This document shows, piece after piece, positions 28,066 through 41,247 of a stretch of 64,000 bases of DNA. The notes under the pieces are model-generated. The model was given only the letters and a program-made list of their open reading frames with translations, had not been told where the DNA came from and did no database searches. This DNA comes from Octopus vulgaris. Its lineage: Eukaryota. The stretch's first letter is position 1. Each line of letters opens with the position of its first letter. The translations under genes and the position numbers were made by a program. The stretch is taken from NCBI GenBank assembly GCA_951406725.2, contig OX597820.1, positions 120,962,001-121,026,000 on the forward strand, given 5' to 3'.

Positions 28066-28781
28066 TCTTTACATATTCATTTTTAATGATCATACAAAGC
28101 TAATTTACTCTAGTATGGTTTTCCATATATTGTATATATAAAGGGAATGTATACTTAGGGTTGACTCATTGGTGTAACCATGATGTTCTTGTGATCTGAT
28201 GAGCCAGTTTTCTCTGCACTGATTTCTAAATATACAGTTGCATTCTAAAATGCGTAGCGTACATATTGGTTCAGACATGTCAACATAGCTTATATGATAC
28301 ACAGAAATCCTCATTACAGGATGAAGGCTGCGAACCACTGCAAACTTATAGATGACAACTGTTAAATGAATGTATACAACTCTCGTACCTTCTGACATTT
28401 TGTGGTTTATATATTTCTCAAGAAATAATTTCATGGAGCAAATATCCTCGTAAAGCACAAAACATTGATGAAATTTCACGTTTTCTTTCAGATGAAATAT
28501 GCATAGCAATTGAATTTTCCGGGCAATTCTGTTGGCAGAGTTATTCAAAATAAATAGAAAGAGGGGACTTGTGAAAATGTGGTGTATATTTCTTTCCATT
28601 TTACACGTCTTTCATTACAGGATGGCAGTTAAAAGATATACACGCAAAAGAATGCATCATATCTCCTACTAATTACTATTCAGACAACAATTTAAGAGCA
28701 ATAATATATTGGCTCATCTCACAAATAATAGGGAGTTTTATACTTTTCAAAGTATAGATAAGGAAAGTTATTTCTTAAATA

Positions 28782-29908
28782 TCTATATATAGAACTGAGA
28801 ATGTGTGTCTGTCTGTCTATGAGTATGTGTGAATCCCGAAAACTCGAGAACTACCCAACCGATTTCATTCAAACTTTACACATGCATTACTTAGGGTCCT
28901 TGGATTGTTATAGATAAAAAAATGTTCAACGTCTTGAATAATGCAGGCCCGGAGCAATGTTTTAGACTGGTTTATTGCGTGTCAAAAGTGAAAAATAAGG
29001 TCTATATTGTAATGTTATATAATATTGTTTCACTTTCACTCTTTCGCTTTTATTTCTAATGTGATAAGACTATAATATATAATATTGTTTCACTTTATTC
29101 TTTCACGTTTACTTTTAATGTGATAACACTAACATCATCTTATTTTACACATTTACCGTTCAATTACCAGTTAACAATTATCGCAGCAGTTGGAAAGTAG
29201 CAAGTTATTTACAGTTATATATTGACCCTTAAATTAACATTTAATACATGTGTTTAATCTCTCTCTCTCTATACATATATATATATATATATAATTCTTT
29301 GCTTCTCTGTCTGTTTGTCTGTTCCCAATGAATTCTCAAACGGCTCCACCAAATCAAATAAAACTCACAAGGCAATAGTATTACACCCCATGACTGTCAA
29401 CATGTATTTCTTTTTCTCGTTTCCACTAAAAAAATATAACATTTTATAGACATAATCTCTCTATAATCAAATATAGTACAGGACATTTTATACCACGGTG
29501 TCGACAACGTCACATTTTGTATATGAGTGTGCATGTTGCTGTCAGTGTGTGTGTGATTCCGCGTTCGACGACAATATCGCATTTTGTATATGATGTTTAT
29601 GTGTGCGGGATTGTATGTGTGTGTATGTGTCAGAGTACATGTGAGTGTTTTCGCGTTAGGTACGATACATACATACACATCTACACGTACATATACATAT
29701 GTGATGACTGACATGCGTAAATATATGTCTATGTGTGTCTTTTTCACTGTATAGTATTAAACCCACCGACTGTCAACATGTCATTTTTTTCATTTCGTTT
29801 AAAACAATATAGCATTTCATAGAATAATCTTTCTATAGTCAACTATAGTACAAGACATTTTATACAAGGTATTCCGTTTTAATCCCAAGCAACGCCGGGT
29901 ATCTCTTC
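28782..29908 (+). mobile_element. Non-autonomous Helitron-like element, possibly nested
   Basis: A|TCTATATATA start with TGTGTGTCTGTC; 3' hairpin CCCAAGCAACGCCGGG matching the 53074 element; terminal CTAG not preserved; internal ~105-bp duplication at about 29386 and 29762. Confidence 0.6.
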
Positions 29909-29909
29909 T

Positions 29910-30051
29910 TCTCTGAAATATACTCTCCTTCATTTTCTACAATGTTCTTCACTCTATCTGCTAAACTCCAAATTTTGCATGTCTGTGGCGAAAAATACTC
30001 CTCCAGCACTGTTCTGACCTCCTCCACAGAATTCATTTTTACATTAATCAA
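29910..30051 (-). pseudogene. Mariner transposase C-terminal fragment
   Basis: KMNSVEEVRTVLEEYFS...SLADRVKNIVENEGEYI resembles the mariner 'F.s.eev...l.eff...L..RW..vv...G.Y' end. Confidence 0.65.
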
Positions 30052-31759
30052 TGTTTACGCAAATACACGGTCTATACGTATCAAGTAAACACAAGCAGAA
30101 CATATATTGCCAGATATTACCTACATATAATCTATCTATACACCTCCCACATATATACACACATATATAAATACATACATATATATATACACATATGCAT
30201 ACATATATATATATATATATCTGTCTATCTATCCCTCAATCTGTCTGTCTATGTATATATATATAAGTTGGTGAAAAATATGGCTCGACAATACAAGGCA
30301 GTCATTTCAGTGACTTCCCTAATCTTTTAATAAGTCTTTGCAGGAGTTGTTATACTTTAGTTTAGCTAGTAGTACTAACGCACGTGACATGAAAGAATTA
30401 TGAAGAAAAAACAATTTTGATATACAAAATCTATATTAGCTTACATCACAGCATACAACATAAGAGATACAGAATCGCCCAATATTATTCTTCAAAATAT
30501 CGCATTATTAAAGGAAGACACAACAATGAGAAAAAGTATTCCAAAATTTCAAAATCTTTAAAAGCGACAGAATATGCATGTCCCAAAAGAAATTCTTATC
30601 AGAGCCAAATTTCTTACCTGAAACTCAATTCTAATAAGTGGAGACTGCAGTAATCCCGTAGAAGTCATCAATTTAAATCAGGATTTATCTTCACTCTAAA
30701 TAATCTCACATCACCTGAGATTATCTATTTTCGTAACAAAGATTACATTTGCAGAAATGAAACACTATTTCTAGGTATTAGTTACAAAGATCCTGTTGTT
30801 AGACAAGCTCCTTTCGGCAAACAATTAGACATGTGGACAGGAAACAGAGCGTCAATATTTGAAACCTGCCCAGTTTACTTTTTTTTTGCTTAAAAACTCC
30901 AGATCAAATACGGACGAATCAAGAAAATTGAATTTATTAAAAAAAATATACACGACTGCATAATGTATAGCAACGAATCGTAGAAACATGTTGTGGTTGC
31001 TTAAAACTGAAACGCAAATTCGTTGTTTAGAAATCTTCTAACAAATCTTTTGATAAGCAAAATGGAACTTAGAAATTAAGTAGTGACCTCATGGAGTGAT
31101 TCACCTACAAATTTATTTGGATAAAACAACTAACTGAGCGCTTTGACGGCAGCAAAATCATTAACCGATTAAATTCTTCAAACACGTAAAATTTGAAACT
31201 GTAATAGTTTCCAAGAAAACTTTTAATACAGAAAGTAAATACATACCACCAGCTTGGTATTGACAAATCGGCTTTGCTCTCACTAAAAGACCAACCATTT
31301 CAATTCCCCAGATGCATTTCCGACGTCACGAATACTCTATAATTACTAACCCAAACAAAGAAACAAAAAGCAGCCAAGCATAAAATCAGACAGTCGGCTT
31401 ACTTCAACAGCAAAGCGAATCAAATATGAAGAACTGCCGCACAAGCTATGTCTGTCAAAGACCCACAAATATTTACTCCCAACAAATACGGTTTAGCCCC
31501 GGGATTCATTCAATTTTCCTTTATTTGAAAGTCATGAAACGTGGAACTGGTTCAGTAATAATAAAAAAAAATTCACAGAATGCTTTGTCAACATCTTTGC
31601 TGCATATGTGTATGTGTGGGTGTTTGTGTGTATGCGTGTGTGCGTGCGTGTGCGTGTGTGCGTGTGCGTGTGTGCGTGCGTGTGCGTGCGTGTGCGTGTG
31701 TGCGTGCGTGTGCGTGTGTGCTTCTGTCTGTATGCATATGTACCTATGCATGTATATAT

Positions 31760-31990
31760 ATTTCTTTACTATCCACAAGGGGCTAAACATAGAGGGGACA
31801 AACAAGGACAGACGAAGGGATTAAGTCGATTACATCGACCACAGTGCGTAACTGGTACTTTATTTATCGACCCCGAAAGGATGAAAGGCAAAGTCGACCT
31901 CGGCGGAATTTGAACTCAGAACGTGACGGCAGACGAAATACGGCTGCGCATTTCGCCCGGCGTGCTAACGTTTCTGCCAGCTCGCCGCCT
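31760..31990 (-). mobile_element. SINE family A monomer
   Basis: Full head and body; TSD GCATGTATATAT at 31748 and 31997. Confidence 0.92.
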
Positions 31991-32624
31991 TAACACGCAT
32001 GTATATATTTAAGTCAGACAGAAGGACAAAGAGCACGTGCAGGTAGGTGCTGCGACTAAATGAAATAAAAAGAGCGTGACAGACAGAGTGATAAAGAGAG
32101 TGTGAGTGAGAGAGAGTGAGGGACAGAGAAAGACAGAGAGACAGAGAGAAGGAAAGAGGCTTCCACAAAAAGATAGACGGTGAGATGAGTGAATGGTATC
32201 CTTCATTGCAGAGATGACTCTTCGAGAATTGATAAATAAATAAGCAGGGCGACATGAATAAAAGATTCGAAGAATGTGTCATTCAAATAGATATGTCGCC
32301 ATGTTTGAGAAAGAAATATTTCTTTGGCAGAGCGGAGACGCATATTCTAAGATCACTAATGACGATGTATTGCAGAACTATTTCTGTTACATTTATAAAT
32401 AATATTATAATTTTAGTCTAGACGCATAGAAACTTTAAAAAAAAGAAGAGAAAAAAAAATCATTTGAAAAATCGAAATTGCACAAAAAATTCAAGATAGT
32501 GAAATTAAAACGAACCTTGCCAGACAGAAAAATAACAAAGTGTGAAAGAAAATTACATAAGATATCAAATTACGTAAATAGTACACACAAAAATATACAC
32601 AGTATATGTGTACATATCTGTTCT

Positions 32625-32690
<66 letters not shown>

Positions 32691-33807
32691 TCATATATAT
32701 TCGAGCAGGTTACTCTTGTGTGCATTCAGATATTAATACCTATCACATGTATACGTATAGGAAGCGTTTTAAATGTAGTCTTTTGAATTGTTTACGAGAA
32801 TTTCGTATGAAAGTTTCGTGTAATATCAGTGAGAGGGATGTCTTATAAATGTGTAATATATCACAGACGTTGCGAAATTCAGAGCATTTTAAATATTTCT
32901 ACACTTGCGCGATTGGAATGTAGGCAATTATTTTTAAGAGTTAAGCTATAACGGGTGGTTATACTTGAAGATTATAACAGCTAAGGAAGTGGTGAGTATG
33001 ATACCTTTAATGTGTTGCTTCAATAACAATAGCTTGCATGTACACATCTGGAAAATTTCAGACAGCTCCTCGACTGACGGGAAGTCATTGGGTAAGGTGG
33101 TTACTTTGTTAACTACATTACATGATATAAAAAAACTGACATTGCTATAAGCTTTATCTGGGGGAATTATTTCGTTTTGGGATTTGGTTTGCAAGATTCT
33201 TTATATGAGTTCGTGTGTTAAAGCATATTCCGTTGTGTCTGGGGATAGTCATTGTATGTTTGTGCCTTATTATGTAACACACACACCGGTAAAATTTCCA
33301 CTTTTTTCTAATTTTTATTTCCCTAAAATTTTCGTTGCGTCTTGCAAACTTTTCAATACTAGATGTTTCATTTCAAGCAACTGTAATTTACGTTTGTATG
33401 CGAATCGATTTATTGAGATATTTGCACATCTTTTATAAGACCTTCTTCTGGCAACCGTTTAATACTTTTCTGTCTTTGGCATTAATATAGACCCAGACAT
33501 GGGAGATGTACTCCTGCTATAAAATATTAATGAATTGTTTCCTCCGAAGTAACAGCAATGACATTGTGTTATATGTGCTTTGGCTATGAATTTTCGTCCA
33601 GATATTTTAAGACCTATGCAAGCAATCGTACAATCGCGTGACACCCACTTCCGGTGCTTCTATGATGATTGTTTCAAAATATTTCCAGTTATGAAGGTAT
33701 TCTGCGTCTCTCAAAGATGAGTAAGTATGAAGCACAAATGATGGCGATTTACAAGAATAAAAAGTGTAACTATCTGTAATGGACTGCGTGTCGGTAAGAG
33801 CACAATT

Positions 33808-34041
33808 GAAGGCGACGAGCTGGCAGAAACGTTAGCACGCCGGGTGAAATGCTCAGCAGTATTTCGTCTGTCGCTACGTTCCGAGTTCAAATTCCACCGA
33901 GGTCGACTTTGCCTTTCATCCTTTCGGGGTCGATAAATAAAGTACCAGTTTCGCACTGGGGTCTATGTAATCGACTTAATCCCTTTGTCCGTCCTTGTTT
34001 GTCCCCTCTATGTTTAGCCTCTTGTGGGCAATAAAGAAGTA
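33808..34041 (+). mobile_element. SINE family A monomer
   Basis: 15-bp TSD GGTAAGAGCACAATT at 33793 and 34042. Confidence 0.93.
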
Positions 34042-35015
34042 GGTAAGAGCACAATTTGTGAAGAAACAGAATTAAACATTTGCGATTTCAGATTTCACCG
34101 TATAATTCTAAGGGAACAGCAGAGAAGCTGAAGTGAAGAATCAAGGAAACAGTTTCAGGAATGTGAGGGAACTGTACACTGCAGTTTGGGATTGTCGCAC
34201 CTGACGAGTTCGGTGCTTTTGTTGAAGTCACTTCTCCTTATTTGTGTGTTGATTTTGAAGTACCGGATGTTATCGGGTAACTTGGTTCACTCTTATCCAA
34301 AATCGATGCGATTGCCAGTCTTTTTCAGTGGATCGTATGGTATCCATGGTGGTAATATTTGACGACGTGTTATAAGACGATTCGGAATTTGAAAAATGTT
34401 GCATAGAATTCGCATTTCCTTCCCTATTATGCTTCAAAACATTTAGAGATGGTAAGCCTGTATAGCACTATTTTATTCCTTTTAGAAATCCTCAGCATGA
34501 TATAACCCTTGACATACTGAATAAATATTTTATGAACTGAGATATTTCATTAAAAACCAAAATAATTACATTCTTGAGGAATTACAATCAGATATCTTTT
34601 TAATAATTTTTTCAATAACATATTCGTTATTTTTAGATATAAAGGAAAAGTAAGATTTTTAGCGTTTGCCTACAGAATAATGTTTGTTCCAAGACAATTA
34701 TAGCATGTGAAATTGTGCTTTAATAAACAATGATTTTGGTTTCGCACAGGTTCTGGATTCTGTGGAATATCTTCGTTCAACAATCAAATGAGAACATCTT
34801 TTGAACAAATTTCATTCCGACGTCAGATGAAAATGATGTTAAGAGCTGCTTATATGTTATGAGATTGGAAACATTGTTAAAATAGACGATCAGCGCAGCC
34901 AGAGCGAGAGTAATGGCTCTCTGTAGCAGTTGCCGACTCTATCATGTAGCCTTTGGAATTTTGCCAAAATAAGCAGGACAGAAACAATATGAAGAATGTC
35001 ATGGTATGTTTGTCT

Positions 35016-35249
35016 TAAGGCGGCGAGCTGGCAGAAACGTTAGCACGCCGGGAGAAATGCTTAGCGGTATTTCGTCTGCGTTACGTTGTGAGTTCAAATT
35101 CCGCCGAGGTCGACTTTGACTTTCATCCTTTCGGGGTCGATAAATTAAGTACCAGTTACGCACTGGGGTCGATGTAATCGACTTAATACCTATGTCTTTT
35201 CTTTGTTTGTCCCCTCTGTGTTTAGCCCCTTGTGGGTAATAAAGAAATA
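35016..35249 (+). mobile_element. SINE family A monomer
   Basis: 13-bp TSD GGTATGTTTGTCT at 35003 and 35250. Confidence 0.93.
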
Positions 35250-35707
35250 GGTATGTTTGTCTATTTATTGGTATGCATGCTTGTTTGTGTGTGTGTGTGT
35301 GTGTTTGTATGTATGTTATGTATGTCATTATTCAGTTTCATTTCAACATTTCCGTCCAATGAAGAAAGAGCAGGTTTATAACCTAGAACCAAGTCTCTTT
35401 TATTGAAATTTCATCATCAACAAGAAGGAATTTTTGTTTGTATGATATGTACAGATATACATATTTTGTTTTGTGTATGTATGCTCATGCATAAAGTTGC
35501 ATATCTCGACATACTCATTTATATTTAAATGACAAACTTCTGGTAAGTATGGTACGAGTATACGCATCAAAAGGCGGTGCTCCAGCATGGCCGCAGTAAA
35601 ATGTCTGAAACAAGTGAAAGAGAGTAAAAAAGAGAGTATGATATATTTCAAAGAAGTTCAAACGTCATTCCAGTGTTATAAGCTCATAAGCTCGGCTCAC
35701 TGAACTA

Positions 35708-35912
35708 CTCTTTACTCTTTTTACTCTTTTACCTTTTTCAGTCATTTGACTGCGGCCATGCTGGAGCACCGCCTTTAGTCGAGCAAATCGACGCCGGGAC
35801 TTATTCTTTGTAAGCCCAGTACTTATTCTATCGGTCTCTTTTGCTGAACCGCTAAGTGACGGGGACGTAAACACACCAGGATCGCTTGTCGGGCGATGCT
35901 AGGGGGAAAAAT

Positions 35913-35975
<63 letters not shown>

Positions 35976-36137
35976 CATATATACGACAGGCTTCTTTCAG
36001 TTTCCGTCTACCATATCCACTCACAAGGCATTGGTCGGCCGGGGCTATAGCAGAAGGCACTTGCCTAAGATGCCACGCAGTGGGACTGAACCCGGAACCA
36101 TGTGGTTGGTTAGCAAGCTACTTACCACACAGCCACA
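35708..36137 (-). mobile_element. SINE family B
   Basis: Colinear with 4241-4683. Confidence 0.9.
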
Positions 36138-36929
36138 CTGTAGATTTTATATACCACTCCCCGGAACGGGACGCCGTTCCGTTGCAAGTTCCTTCATTTT
36201 TGCCAGGTGAGTGGAGCATCAGAAACTAAAGGGCTGAACTCAAGGAAACAACGCAACGCCCAATTGAGGAAAAGAAACCACAGTCTTACGATCGTAAAGT
36301 AAAATACCTCTAACAAGTAAGCCACGTGATACTATGTATGGTATGCATGGCATGTGTGTATGTATCATATGAATATTATGTGTGTACGTATACTACGTAT
36401 GTAAGAACTGTGTAATCAATTATTTAAATTCTTCCTTTCAGGAAGGATGTGTATATGCACGTATGCATGTTTGTATCATCTGTCAAGATGAAGCAATCAT
36501 CATGTCTATATGTATGTATCTATATATGTATGTATATATGCATGTATATATGTATGTATGCTTGCATGTATCTATGTATGTATTCTTCAATTCATTGCGA
36601 CAGGATTCGAGAAAGTACAGTGGGAGACAGAAAATGAACGAAGAGTAAAAAGTGTAAATATAAAAAAGAAAAATCTTCCTTGCTCTAGTTTTCTGGAAGG
36701 CCGTCCATAATTTAGTGTAATTTCTGTTATATCAAGGAAGAGATAATAACAGTTTACTTGGCTACTTTGTCATTTTATAGAGTGTCTTTAGATTTATAAC
36801 GTAAATTTACATTTAGACACACAGTCAACAGTCCACCCAAGCTCCAGATGACATTCCGACTAAAACTTTGACCTTTTTGGTATAAAACGCTTGAATTAAG
36901 TTGGAGAGGGCGCTTCAGAAATGCTTCTG

Positions 36930-36987
<58 letters not shown>

Positions 36988-37474
36988 GTATGTATTTATG
37001 TATGTATGTATAAGTCTATTGTAGATGTATACGAAACGTAAATTGCATACGCAATCGCACTCAGGCCTACGCATATACATACATACATATGTACACATAT
37101 ATATATATGTATGTATATATATATGTGTGTGTGTGTATGTATGTATGTATGTATGTATACATACATGTATATATATATATAAACATATATATATATTTAT
37201 ATATATATATATATATATATATAGGAACGCACTAGTCTATAAATATATATACATATATATGGATATATATGTGTATGAGTGTATATATATATATATGTGT
37301 GCGAGGGCATATAAAACATATTAGCACACAATATATTTGGATGTGGTAAAAGTATTTCATAAGACAACCAAAACTTTGTATAAATAGATGCATGCTAAAT
37401 ATCCCAAATATCCACCGGTACATAGATGTATATATATCAATGTATCGTTTGTGCAAATGCGTGTGTGCGCATGC

Positions 37475-37517
<43 letters not shown>

Positions 37518-37518
<1 letters not shown>

Positions 37519-37734
37519 TCCTTACTCTTTACTCTTTTATTTGCTTCAGTCATTTTGACTGCGGCCATGCTGGAGCACCGCCTTTAGTCGAGCAAATCGT
37601 CCCCGGGACTTATTCTTTTGTAGGCCCAGTACTTATTCTATCGGTTTCTTTTTCCGAACCGCTAAGTGACGGGGACATAAACACACCAGCATCGGTTGTC
37701 AAGCAATGCTCGGGAGATAAACACAGACACACAA

Positions 37735-37806
<72 letters not shown>

Positions 37807-37941
37807 GACAGGCTTCTTTCAGTTTCTGTCTACCATATCCACTCACAAGGCATTGGTCGGCCCGGGGCTATAGCAGAAGACACTTGCCCAAGATGCCACG
37901 CAGTGGGACTGAAACCGGAACCACGTGTTTGGTAAACAAGC

Positions 37942-37942
<1 letters not shown>
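37518..37942 (-). mobile_element. SINE family B
   Basis: Colinear with 4241-4683, 5' end clipped. Confidence 0.9.
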
Positions 37943-37998
<56 letters not shown>

Positions 37999-38004
37999 TT
38001 TATC

Positions 38005-38205
38005 TAAAAGCAGCAGAAATTCAACAAAAGCTGTTACTCGGAGTTTCACGCTCCCGTTCGTCGGACAATTTTGTTAAACAAATATATTTTAGTAATATAA
38101 AACAAAGCATATACAATACTGAGAATAAATGTTTAACAAAACTGTCCGACAAACGGGAACGTGGAACTCCGAGTAACAGCTTTTGTTGAATTTCTGCTGC
38201 TTTAA
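38005..38205. repeat. Fold-back element with ~85-bp arms
   Basis: AAAGCAGCAGAAATTCAACAAAAGCTGTTACTCGGAG... / ...CTCCGAGTAACAGCTTTTGTTGAATTTCTGCTGCTTT; between (TA)n tracts. Confidence 0.9.
38032..38067 (-). ncRNA. Ultra-minimal type I hammerhead motif, CCGACGA core
   Basis: tgt CCGACGA acg ggag cgt GAAA CT CCG AG TA aca. Confidence 0.55.
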
Positions 38206-38280
38206 ATATAGCATATTACTCTACCTCTGTTATTTGAGTACTCTTTTTTCCACCTTGTTTCACATTTATGTGTTTACTCC

Positions 38281-38342
<62 letters not shown>

Positions 38343-38374
38343 TAGATACATATATATACATACATATATATATG

Positions 38375-38439
<65 letters not shown>

Positions 38440-38802
38440 GTATGATTGATTGATTCTAGTTTCAGCTCATGAGCTGTGGTCATGCTGGGGCACCGCCATT
38501 TAATTTTAGGAGATGCATAAATGATGAAAGAATATCAAAAGTGAAACAAACGAGAAGTCGTCTGGACAGAATCTTGTAAAACAGACAGTGAAGTGACTCG
38601 TTATCTTTGCACGGAGTGGACTGACAAGAGACGTTCACTGTTGTTTGGCCATCCACAAATCCAAAAGTATCCACAATTATCCAACGATGAATGGCGACAT
38701 ATGACTGTCGTAAAAATAAAATAAAAACACACGAATAGATTTCTTGTACTTCAATTACCGGGAGAAAAGATTCCAAGAACTAAAAAATATATTATTAAAA
38801 TG

Positions 38803-38964
38803 AGTGGCTGTGTGGTTAGTAGCTTGCTTACGAACCACATGGTTCCGGGTTCAGTCCCACTTCGTGGCACCTTGGGCATGTGTCTTCTACTATAGCCTCC
38901 GGCCGTTAAAGCCTTGTGAGTGGATTTGGCAAACGGAAACTGAAAGAAGCGCATCGTATATATG

Positions 38965-39000
<36 letters not shown>

Positions 39001-39717
39001 CAAATAAGAAAATGGAGGAACAGATTCCTTTCAATCATCGACTTACAGATATTACCAATTCATATTATTTATTAACTACTTAAATAGGAACATTCAAATC
39101 CAACAGAATAAAACAGAATAAAAGAATATACATCAATAAGTAAGATAATACCATAAAATAATACATATAAAATGGATCTTACTGCTGTTTCAGCCTGTAG
39201 ATAAAGGTATCTCATTGTGCCTATATTAGTCATATGTATTGAGGTAATTTGCACTTAAAAATGTGTTACTTATATATATATATATATATATATATATCTC
39301 AAGGCCTCGTCAGAGATTATAAAGTACAGTTATAAAAATATAAAATGCAAATATAAATATGAAACAAAATACATATACACAATGATATATATATATATAA
39401 GTGTATATATATATATATACATATATATATAAGTATATACATAATAATATACATACACATAAGATTATAGATAATCAAATATATATACCGGAGTATACAA
39501 ATACATCGACATCAATGGGTACATATACAAAGTCCAAAGTTCATTATATTAAATTACCAAAACTATTAATATTATTAGTATTATTATTATTAATAATGTT
39601 AATACCAATAATGGAATATGTGCATTCTGCTATTCACAATACATAGTAGATGGAAAATACCACATAAAATATAGTACAATATAATAATAATGATAATAAT
39701 AAAAATATATATATATG

Positions 39718-39756
<39 letters not shown>

Positions 39757-39990
39757 ATGGGTATGTGTCTATGTTTGTGTGTCTGTGTTTGTCCACCCAA
39801 CATCGCTTGACAACTGATGCTGGTGTGTTTACGTCCCCGTAACTTAGCGGTTCAGCAAAAGAGACCGATAGAATAAGTACTAGGCTTACAAAGAATAAGT
39901 CCTGGGGTCGATTTGCTCGACTAAAAGGTGGTGCTCCAGCATGGCCACAGTCAAATAACTGAAACAAGTAAAAGAGAAAACAGAAAGAGA
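38803..39990 (+). mobile_element. SINE family B split by a ~700-bp insertion in its internal (TA)n
   Basis: 5' half 38803-38957, 3' half about 39730-39990, with a hammerhead-bearing insert between. Confidence 0.75.
39176..39317 (-). ncRNA. Type I hammerhead motif with ~105-nt stem II insert
   Basis: atct CTGACGA ggcct [...(TA)n...] aggct GAAAC AGCA GTA agat. Confidence 0.7.
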
Positions 39991-40049
39991 AAGAGAGAAT
40001 ATATGCCGGTCACTTTAATCAATAGGGGAATGAACTTACAAAAAACATA

Positions 40050-40680
40050 CACATCCAATATAAACCACTGATACACTCAGCACTCTAATGTATGTATCAA
40101 CACACAATCCAGGAAAAACAGGGCTGTGCAACATTATCTATCGGAATATAAATCTATTTATGATCAACTTGTGAATAAAAATTAAAAGCTCAAATCATAT
40201 ACAATACTGAGAATTAAAGGACAACCTAAATCTTCGAAAAAGATAATTACTTGTGCCAAAATCTCCATCAAAATTTAAGCCCCAGCGTGTAAAAAAGAAA
40301 ATATAACCGACCTAATTGTGGAACCAACATCAACTTCTGTGCGAGTTCGACGTATGAGTTTAAGTCATAGTACCATAGAAACTCATTTTCTTTGTACATC
40401 GGGAAATTAAATTTATATTCTCAAATGTAGTGGGTTGGGGTGGAAACTACACGGGAGAATCAGGTAGAACTCTGGAGGACATAATGATGCTACACAAGCA
40501 AGAGATTCGTCGAGAACCCATGAGTAGGAAAAGCATCTGTGAGTAAACATCTGGATATGTGCCCCACAAATATTCAAAGTACTAAATTATCCTTCTATAT
40601 CAGCGTATAGGGAAAACGTCAGCACAATCCCTTTTAAATATGGAAAATATGTTATAAAGAAATACAACTCACAACCGAAT
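40050..40680 (+). pseudogene. Penelope-like (Neptune-type) linker and GIY-YIG remnant
   Basis: YVSTHNP, QPKSSKKII, NRPNCGT, FLCTSGN*IYILKC, YTGESGRTL..HKQEI, VSKHL. Confidence 0.75.
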
Positions 40681-41204
40681 CCTTTATAATAAACCACTAC
40701 AAAGAAAGAACTTGATATGTTGAATTCAATAAAACGAACCGGAGCAAGAAATGAAACTTTAAGATTGAAGTAAAAGGTTTCCACCGAGATTCAAAGCTTT
40801 AACTTGAAGAACTATATCCTAACTGTCTCCTACACTTGAACAACTATATCCTACACTTTCTCAACTCTGTTTGCTGGGGTCACTCTCGAGTTAACTAACT
40901 GGGTTGTTTTTTCCGGTCAGAAGCGGACCCTCAGGAAAAATGGAATAAACATTCAGCTGACCGAGGCAAGGCAAGCGGCATCTTGGGGGAATCAGTCAAC
41001 TGTAACGCAGGGTGACCATCAGATACATACATAGACATAGACAAATTGGAGCCGAATACCCATAACCAGTAGATATATATTGAACTGTATTAATTGAAGT
41101 GGATTATGAGAAAGAGATGCGTTTTCTGTTAAACTCCATTTAATATTCTGAAACAGACATATTGAATGCTCTATGAAAATATCATTATTAGGTTTGAACT
41201 TAAT

Positions 41205-41247
<43 letters not shown>

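Noticed and set aside
28105-28599. 164-aa minus-strand ORF
   Set aside because: No recognisable domain or motif
30400-31500. A-rich stretch with coding-like composition
   Set aside because: Multiple stops and no assignable family
37392-38189. 265-aa ORF and similar recurring peptides (CGHAGAPPL, RPRKDERQSRPRR)
   Set aside because: Read-through of SINE A and B sequence
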